Assembly (NCBI GenBank): GCA_043819075.1 | Contig: JBDRFE010000045.1 | Coordinates: 1-13,181 of the forward strand | Length of the DNA: 13,181 nt | DNA from: an archaeon | GTDB lineage: Archaea; Iainarchaeota; Iainarchaeia; Iainarchaeales; 1-14-0-10-31-34 | Direction: 5' to 3' | Part shown: in pieces, positions 1 to 5,660 of the stretch | Numbering within the stretch: the stretch's first letter is position 1 | Layout: every line of letters starts with the position of its first letter | The notes under the pieces: model-generated | Databases searched by the model: none | Told to the model about the DNA's origin: nothing | Seen by the model: only the letters and a program-made list of their open reading frames with translations | Position numbers and translations under genes: made by a program

Positions 1-79
1 AAGGCGATTTTCTTTCAGAAGGCCTTTTTAGGGTCAGCCTAGATTTTCCTGAAAACCCTGGCCTTTGTTTTCCCGGCAT
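1..79 (-). CDS. 5' end of a probable divergent gene, truncated by the window edge; unknown function, basic N-terminus MPGKQRPGFSGKSRLTLKRPSERKSP...
   Basis: ATG at 79 on the minus strand is open to the window edge (manual translation). A minus-strand TTTAAATT TATA-like box at 109-102 lies about 25 nt upstream, as expected for a leaderless archaeal transcript. Only 26 codons are visible. Confidence 0.5.
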   Translation of the reverse strand, partial: MPGKQRPGFSGKSRLTLKRPSERKSP

Positions 80-147
80 AAAAATCTTGAACGCAAACTT
101 TAATTTAAACTTAATGCAAAAACAAAAAATGCGTTAAAAGGCTTTAT

Positions 148-162
148 AAAAGCATTTAAATA
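148..162 (+). promoter_or_regulatory. Putative archaeal BRE/TATA promoter for the EF-1alpha gene
   Basis: AAAAGCA-TTTAAATA, with the TATA box at 155-162; a near-identical GAAAGC-TTTAAATA precedes the uL3 operon. Motif match only. Confidence 0.5.
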
Positions 163-266
163 GTTTTTGTTTTAAGAAATAATAATCGAGGAAAGCACTA
201 TTTTCTTTTAAACAAAGTGTTTTTTGGATAAAATTATTTTATAATTACTTAAATGAGTGTTCATTT

Positions 267-273
267 GGAGGTG
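267..273 (+). promoter_or_regulatory. Shine-Dalgarno site of the EF-1alpha gene
   Basis: GGAGGTG 6 nt upstream of the ATG at 280. Confidence 0.8.
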
Positions 274-279
274 TATTAA

Positions 280-1551
280 ATGGCAGAAAAACCGCACATT
301 AACCTGGTTTTCATTGGCCACGTAGACCACGGAAAATCAACTTTAGTCGGAAGACTGATGTATGACACTGGTTCATTAAGCGAACAGGATTACAGGAAAC
401 TCCAACAGGAAGCAGAATCAAGAGGAAAAGGAACATGTGCTTTTGCTTATGTAATGGACAACCTCAAAGAAGAAAGAGAAAGAGGAGTCACAATAGATGT
501 TGCATACAAAAAGTTTGAAGGCCAAAAAAACACTTTTACAATAATTGATGCACCAGGCCACAAAGACTTTGTCAAAAACATGATTACAGGAACCTCTCAA
601 GCTGATGCCGCTGTATTGGTTGTCAGTGCAAAAGACGGAATACAGCCTCAGACAAAAGAACACGCTTTTCTTGCACAAGTAATGGGATTAAAGCAGATAA
701 TTCTTGCAATAAACAAAATGGATGAAGTAAAATACGATGAAAAAACATTCAATAAAGTAAAAGAAGAATTAAATAAATTATTACAAGGGATAGGCTATAA
801 AGCTGACACAATAAAATTTGTTCCTGTAAGCGCATGGTTAGGCGACAATGTAGCAAAAAAGTCAACTAACCTGGACTGGTATAAAGGAGACACTTTAGTG
901 CAGTCATTAGACGGATTAATTGCACCAAAGCCTCCGACAGACAAGCCTTTAAGGCTGCCAGTGCAAGACGTTTACAACATTAAAGGAGTGGGAACTGTTC
1001 CAGTTGGAAGAGTTGAAACAGGCATTTTAAAGCCAGGCGACTCAGTAATATTTGAGCCATCAGGAAAAACAGGTGAAGTAAAAACAGTTGAAGCCCATCA
1101 TGAGCAGTTGCCTCAGGCAATTCCAGGAGACAACATTGGCTTTAACGTAAGAGGAATCTCTAAAGCAGATGTTGCAAGAGGAGATGTTGTAGGCCACACA
1201 AAAGACCCGCCGACAGTAATAAAAGAATTCATTGCACAAATTGTTGTATTAAATCACCCGACAGCAATTCCAGTGAACTACACTCCGGTATTTCATCTGC
1301 ATACAGCACAAATGTCAATGGTAATAACAGAATTACAGAAAAAACTTGACCCAAAAACTGGTGCAGTAAAAGAAGAAAACCCGAAATTCCTGAAAACAGG
1401 TGACGCAGCAATAGTCAAAATTGTTCCAACAAAACCCTTATCAGCAGAAGAATACAAAAAATTCCCTCAATTAGGAAGGTTTGCAATAAGAGACATGGGG
1501 CAGACAGTTGCAGCAGGAATGATAGTAACAATAACTCCAAAAGGAAAGTAA
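280..1551 (+). CDS. tuf: Translation elongation factor EF-1alpha (archaeal aEF1A)
   Basis: [10 protein letters not shown]-loop, [34 protein letters not shown], and C-terminal [16 protein letters not shown]; 423 aa. Confidence 0.99.
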   Translation: MAEKPHINLVFIGHVDHGKSTLVGRLMYDTGSLSEQDYRKLQQEAESRGKGTCAFAYVMDNLKEERERGVTIDVAYKKFEGQKNTFTIIDAPGHKDFVKNMITGTSQADAAVLVVSAKDGIQPQTKEHAFLAQVMGLKQIILAINKMDEVKYDEKTFNKVKEELNKLLQGIGYKADTIKFVPVSAWLGDNVAKKSTNLDWYKGDTLVQSLDGLIAPKPPTDKPLRLPVQDVYNIKGVGTVPVGRVETGILKPGDSVIFEPSGKTGEVKTVEAHHEQLPQAIPGDNIGFNVRGISKADVARGDVVGHTKDPPTVIKEFIAQIVVLNHPTAIPVNYTPVFHLHTAQMSMVITELQKKLDPKTGAVKEENPKFLKTGDAAIVKIVPTKPLSAEEYKKFPQLGRFAIRDMGQTVAAGMIVTITPKGK

Positions 1552-1571
1552 ACAATTTACTTTCATTTTTT

Positions 1572-1606
1572 TATCTTTTTAAAGTTTTTTTTAAAAAGAT
1601 ATTTTT
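1572..1606 (+). terminator. Terminator/attenuator-like hairpin with T-tracts between tuf and rps10
   Basis: 12-bp perfect inverted repeat TATCTTTTTAAA (1572-1583) / TTTAAAAAGATA (1590-1601), with T-runs on both sides. Confidence 0.45.
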
Positions 1607-1627
1607 GCTTACACACAGGTAATTTAA

Positions 1628-1936
1628 ATGCAGAAAGCCAGAATAAAATTAACCAGCCCGGATTATAAAGTATTAGAAGAAATCTGCGAGCAAATAAAAG
1701 AAGTGGCTAAAAGAACTGGAGTAAAACATTCAGGCACAATTCCTTTGCCGACAAAAAAACTTGTTATTCCCACAAGAAAAGGAATGCCAGGCGGAGGAAC
1801 AGCAACAGTTGAAAAATGGGAAATGCGAATCCATAAAAGATTAATTGACATTGAAGCAGATGAAAGAACTCTAAGAAGAATCATGCGAGTTGAAATACCC
1901 GAAAACGTGCACGTTGAAATCGAACTCAAAGAATAA
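1628..1936 (+). CDS. rps10: 30S ribosomal protein uS10
   Basis: MQKARIKLTS start, IPLPTKKL, WEMRIHKRLIDI; 102 aa; canonical position after EF-1alpha. Confidence 0.98.
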   Translation: MQKARIKLTSPDYKVLEEICEQIKEVAKRTGVKHSGTIPLPTKKLVIPTRKGMPGGGTATVEKWEMRIHKRLIDIEADERTLRRIMRVEIPENVHVEIELKE

Positions 1937-1942
1937 CTGCCC

Positions 1943-1994
1943 CTTTTTTCTTTTAGGAAAAGAAAAAAGCCGCAAGTTGCGGGAAAAAAGAAAA
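1943..1994. repeat. Hairpin + palindrome + purine mirror repeat (potential intrastrand triplex element)
   Basis: CTTTTTTCTTTT (1943-1954), AGG, AAAAGAAAAAAG (1958-1969), CCGCAAGTTGCGG (1970-1982), GAAAAAAGAAAA (1983-1994). Confidence 0.7.
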
Positions 1995-2027
1995 ACTCTC
2001 AAAGAAAAGAAACCTAAAAAAAACTAC

Positions 2028-2035
2028 TTTTAATA
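2028..2035 (+). promoter_or_regulatory. Putative TATA box for a leaderless archease-rtcB transcript
   Basis: TTTTAATA preceded by an A-tract, about 25 nt before the ATG at 2060; no SD motif in front of that ATG. Confidence 0.4.
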
Positions 2036-2059
2036 AAAACTTCATCACTAATTCTTATC

Positions 2060-2482
2060 ATGCAGTTTGAGTATTTAGAGCACACAGCAGACCTGAAGTT
2101 CAGGGCATTCGGAAAAACAAAAAAAGAACTGTTAGAGAACTCAGGCAAAGCCTTATGCAATGCAGTAATAGACTTAAATCAGATTGAAAAAAAAGGCGAA
2201 GAAATAATTGAAGTTAAAGCAGAATCATTTGAAGAACTCTTGTTTGTTTTCCTGAAAGAACTGCATTATGAAATTGATTCACAGGAAATAATTTTCTCTG
2301 AAATACGAATAACAGAACTAAACGAAAAGGAAAAAAAGTTTTTCCTAAAGGCACAATGTTTTGGAGAGAAAATTGACTTAAAAAAACACGAAATAAAAAC
2401 TGAAATAAAGGCAATAACAAAACACGGCTTTAAAGTTGAAAAGAAAAAAAACTGGACAGCAGAAGTTTTAGTTGATGTTTAA
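2060..2482 (+). CDS. Archease (RtcB activator)
   Basis: N-terminal FEYLEHTAD, EIKAITKH (the family usually has KAxTYH), C-terminal VLVDV; 140 aa; directly upstream of rtcB as is common. Confidence 0.95.
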   Translation: MQFEYLEHTADLKFRAFGKTKKELLENSGKALCNAVIDLNQIEKKGEEIIEVKAESFEELLFVFLKELHYEIDSQEIIFSEIRITELNEKEKKFFLKAQCFGEKIDLKKHEIKTEIKAITKHGFKVEKKKNWTAEVLVDV

Positions 2483-2492
2483 GTGAAAAAAA

Positions 2493-5435
2493 ATGAATCC
2501 AAAAGAAATCTCTAAAGGAATATGGGAAATCCCAAAACAGGGAAAAATGCTTGTTCCTGCAAGAATTTATGCAACAAAAAAAATAATGGAAGCAATAGAA
2601 CAAGGCGCACTACAACAAGTAAAAAACGTAGCTGAATTGCAGGGAATACAAAAATATTCTATTTCAATGCCAGACGCACACAATGGCTATGGCTTTCCAA
2701 TAGGAGGCGTTGCAGCATTTGATTTAGAGAAAGGAGTTGTTTCCCCAGGAGGGATAGGCTTTGACATTAACTGCATTAAAGGAAACACCAAAGTATTGCA
2801 TGAGTTTGGCTACCACAAAAAAATAAAGGATTTTGAAAATGACTTTAACATAAACAGGGTTAAATGCTTTAATCCTACTGAAAAAATTAAAGATACAAAA
2901 ATAAAAGCTTTCATGAAATTCAAAACAAAAAATAAAGTGTTTAAAGTGAAAACTGAATCAGGATTAGAAATAACTGCAACAGAAGAACATCCTTTTTTTA
3001 CAGAAAAAGGGATGATTGAATTAAAGAAAATAAATGGAGAAAAAATTTCAGTTTATCCTTTTGAAGGAGTTGAATACAAAGAGCCTTCAGATCAAATCTT
3101 AATTTCAAAAAAAGATTTAAGAAAAAATTACTCCAAAGAAGGGCGTGGTTTTGAACAAATGACAAAAAAACTGAAAGAATTGAATTTGCTTCCGTTAAAA
3201 ATGAATAACCCTAAACTGCCTTACCTGATAAAACTGATAGCTTTTATTACTGGAGACGGAACATTAACTTTTCTGAAAAATGGCAAAAACCAGATTTTTT
3301 GTTATGGTAATGAAGAAGATTTAGAAGAAATAAGAAAAGATATTGAAAGAATTGGATTCAACCCTTCAAGAGTTTATTCAAGAAACAGAAATCATGAAAT
3401 AAAAACAAGTTATGACACAATAAAATTTAACAGAACAGAAAAAAGCATTAAAACTAGTTCTCAATCATTAGCTTTAATCCTGTTATTACTTGGAACTCCT
3501 TCAGGGAATAAAACTGTGAATGCCTTTGAAGTTCCAAAATGGTTATTAAAGTCCCCTAAATGGATGAAAAGACTGTATTTAGCTTCGTTTTTTGGAGCAG
3601 AATTATCCAGTCCTGCGACGATTACAAATCATGCATTTAACTTCAATTCTCCGTTACTCTCAATTAACAAAAGAAAAGAAAAAGTCAGAAGTGCAAGAAA
3701 GTTTTTGAAGCAAATAAAAAGAATGCTTTCAGAATTGGGAACTGAAAGTGATTTTATAAAAGAAAGAGAAGAATTCAAAAATAAGAAAGGAGCGATTTCG
3801 ATTAGATTGAGGTTAAGCATAAGAGCAACTCCAAAAAATCTGATTAAATTTTGGAGTCAAATAGGTTTTGAATACAATAAAAAAAGACAGTTTTTAGCAA
3901 ATGTTGCTGTACATTACCTTAAATCAAAACAAAGAATAATTAAAGAAAGAAATGAAGCAGAAAAAGAAGCAAAAGAACTGCATAAAAGAGAATTAAGTGG
4001 AAAGAAAATATTTAAATTGCTAAAAGAAAAATATGAAAACATAAATTTGAGATTTGTTGAAAGATCTGTTTATGAAGGAAGAAAAACTTCTTCAAGAATA
4101 GCTTTTAACTCGCATACTTTTGAAAGTTTTATGAAAGAAAAAACAAAAGGATTAGGAAAAACGGGGCAGGTCTGGGATAAAATAATTTCAAAAAAAGAAA
4201 TTCCATTTAAAGAACAAGTTTACGATTTCAATGTTGAAGATGAAAATCACAATTTCATAGCAAACAATTTTGTTGTCTCAAACTGTGGCGTGCGCTTAAT
4301 TAAAACAAATTTAACTGAAAAAGACATTAAAGGAAAAGAACAAGAATTAGTGAATGAATTATTCAATCAGGTACCTGCAGGATTAGGCTCTAAAGGCCAG
4401 TTCAAGGCAGACAAAAAACAATTGCATGAAGTAATGATTAAAGGAAGCGAATGGGCAATAGAAAACGGTTTTGGCTGGAAAAAAGACTTGCAATCAACAG
4501 AAGAAAACGGGAAAATGAAAGAAGCAAATCCAAAAAACGTTTCAGAAAAAGCAATTCAAAGAGGGCTCTCACAGCTTGGTTCATTAGGTTCAGGAAACCA
4601 TTTTCTTGAAATACAGAAAACACAAGAAATATTTGATGAAAAAACAGCAGAAAAATTCGGATTAAAAAAAGGAAACTTAACTATAATGATTCACTGCGGA
4701 AGCAGAGGATTCGGGCACCAGATTGCATCAGATTATTTAGAGACAATGGAAAAAGCAATGAAAAAATATTCAATACAAGTTTCAGACAAACAGCTGGCTT
4801 GCGCGCCGATTAACTCAGAAGAAGGAAAAAAATATTTTAGTGCAATGGCTTGCGCAGTAAACTATGCTTTTGCAAACAGGCAGATGATAACTCATTGGAC
4901 AAGAAAAAGCTTTGAAAAAGTTTTGGGAAAAACCGCAGAAGAAATGGAAATGAATTTATTGTATGATGTTGCACACAATATAGCAAAATTTGAGGAACAC
5001 GAAATTAACAAAGAAAAAAAAATGCTTTTAGTGCATAGAAAAGGCGCAACAAGGGCTTTTCCTGCAGGAAGAAAAGAAAACCCAAAAGCTTTTCTTGAAA
5101 CAGGCCATCCTGCAATAATTCCTGGTTCAATGGGAACTGCTTCCTGGATTGTAATCGGAACAGAAAAAACATTAACAGAGACTTTTGGCTCTGTAGCGCA
5201 TGGAGCAGGAAGAGTAATGTCAAGGGCTGCGGCAATCAGAAGCAAGAGAGGCGAACAGGTGCAAAAAGAATTAGAGGAAAAAGGGGAATTCATTAAAGCG
5301 CGTTCAATCAAGACATTGTCAGAGGAAATGCCTGAAGCCTACAAGGACGTTGAAGAAGTAATCCGTTCGCTTGAAATTTCTGGAATAGCAAAAAAAGTTG
5401 CAAGATTAACTCCAATTGGAGTAGTCAAAGGCTAA
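2493..5435 (+). CDS. rtcB: tRNA-splicing ligase RtcB precursor containing an intein (mature protein about 476 aa)
   Basis: MPDAHxGYGFPIGG, SPGGIGFDIN/CGVRL, LGSLGSGNHFLE, IHCGSRG, YDVAHN, HRKGAT, PGSMG, HGAGR, EEMPEAYK and terminal VVKG; all recognisable catalytic motifs are intact. Confidence 0.98.
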   Translation: MNPKEISKGIWEIPKQGKMLVPARIYATKKIMEAIEQGALQQVKNVAELQGIQKYSISMPDAHNGYGFPIGGVAAFDLEKGVVSPGGIGFDINCIKGNTKVLHEFGYHKKIKDFENDFNINRVKCFNPTEKIKDTKIKAFMKFKTKNKVFKVKTESGLEITATEEHPFFTEKGMIELKKINGEKISVYPFEGVEYKEPSDQILISKKDLRKNYSKEGRGFEQMTKKLKELNLLPLKMNNPKLPYLIKLIAFITGDGTLTFLKNGKNQIFCYGNEEDLEEIRKDIERIGFNPSRVYSRNRNHEIKTSYDTIKFNRTEKSIKTSSQSLALILLLLGTPSGNKTVNAFEVPKWLLKSPKWMKRLYLASFFGAELSSPATITNHAFNFNSPLLSINKRKEKVRSARKFLKQIKRMLSELGTESDFIKEREEFKNKKGAISIRLRLSIRATPKNLIKFWSQIGFEYNKKRQFLANVAVHYLKSKQRIIKERNEAEKEAKELHKRELSGKKIFKLLKEKYENINLRFVERSVYEGRKTSSRIAFNSHTFESFMKEKTKGLGKTGQVWDKIISKKEIPFKEQVYDFNVEDENHNFIANNFVVSNCGVRLIKTNLTEKDIKGKEQELVNELFNQVPAGLGSKGQFKADKKQLHEVMIKGSEWAIENGFGWKKDLQSTEENGKMKEANPKNVSEKAIQRGLSQLGSLGSGNHFLEIQKTQEIFDEKTAEKFGLKKGNLTIMIHCGSRGFGHQIASDYLETMEKAMKKYSIQVSDKQLACAPINSEEGKKYFSAMACAVNYAFANRQMITHWTRKSFEKVLGKTAEEMEMNLLYDVAHNIAKFEEHEINKEKKMLLVHRKGATRAFPAGRKENPKAFLETGHPAIIPGSMGTASWIVIGTEKTLTETFGSVAHGAGRVMSRAAAIRSKRGEQVQKELEEKGEFIKARSIKTLSEEMPEAYKDVEEVIRSLEISGIAKKVARLTPIGVVKG
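2772..4283 (+). mobile_element. Intein with LAGLIDADG-type homing endonuclease domain (504 aa) in RtcB
   Basis: Starts CIKGNTKV after GFDIN; block B TATEEHPFF; block C LIAFITGDG (3234-3260); block E YLASFFGAELS (3576-3608); block F VYDFNVEDENHNFIAN; ends VVSN followed by the extein Cys. Removing it restores GFDIN-CGVRL. Confidence 0.97.
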
Positions 5436-5527
5436 TGCAGTACGGGTTTACCCCATACGTTTGGCAACTTGCCTTTCTTAAAGGCAGAGTTGCAAGATTA
5501 ACTCCAATCTGGGTAGTCAAAGGCTGA
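5396..5527 (+). repeat. Imperfect 40-bp direct repeat of the rtcB 3' end (5396-5435 and 5488-5527)
   Basis: AGTTGCAAGATTAACTCCAATTGGAGTAGTCAAAGGCTAA vs AGTTGCAAGATTAACTCCAATCTGGGTAGTCAAAGGCTGA; 36/40 identical, 52-bp spacer. Confidence 0.92.
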
Positions 5528-5594
5528 TATTAATGCACTATCATAGATAGTGCGATATATTTCGTTGCTCGCGAGCGAAACCGCGAAGCATATA

Positions 5595-5655
5595 TTTAAA
5601 TACATTAAATCGCAGACTTATATATAATTTACCACTTTTGAGTGACAATGGGGGT
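5595..5655 (+). promoter_or_regulatory. Putative promoter and SD site of the surface-protein gene
   Basis: TTTAAATA (5595-5602) and TTATATATA (5618-5626) TATA-like boxes; GGGGGT (5650-5655) 5 nt before the ATG at 5661. Confidence 0.45.
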
Positions 5656-5660
5656 CTGTA

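Noticed and set aside
1937..2059. tRNA gene after rps10, a position where some archaea have one
   Set aside because: No cloverleaf, T-loop TTCRA motif or GC-rich acceptor stem; the region is A/T tracts and short hairpins.
2772..4283. The rtcB insertion read as a group I/II intron or a separate gene fusion
   Set aside because: It is in frame without stops and has the intein splicing blocks at both junctions.
5396..5527. Two 40-bp repeats with a 52-bp spacer read as a minimal CRISPR array
   Set aside because: The first copy is rtcB coding sequence, there are only two imperfect units, and no cas genes or leader are present.
5396..5527. The repeat pair read as a DGR template/variable repeat
   Set aside because: Only two of the four mismatches involve adenine (T/C, G/T, A/G, A/G), the unit is short, and no reverse transcriptase is in the window.
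5396..5530. Bulge-helix-bulge mRNA intron at the rtcB 3' end
   Set aside because: An attractive idea for an RNA ligase gene, but I could not find a convincing 3-4-3 BHB motif by eye.
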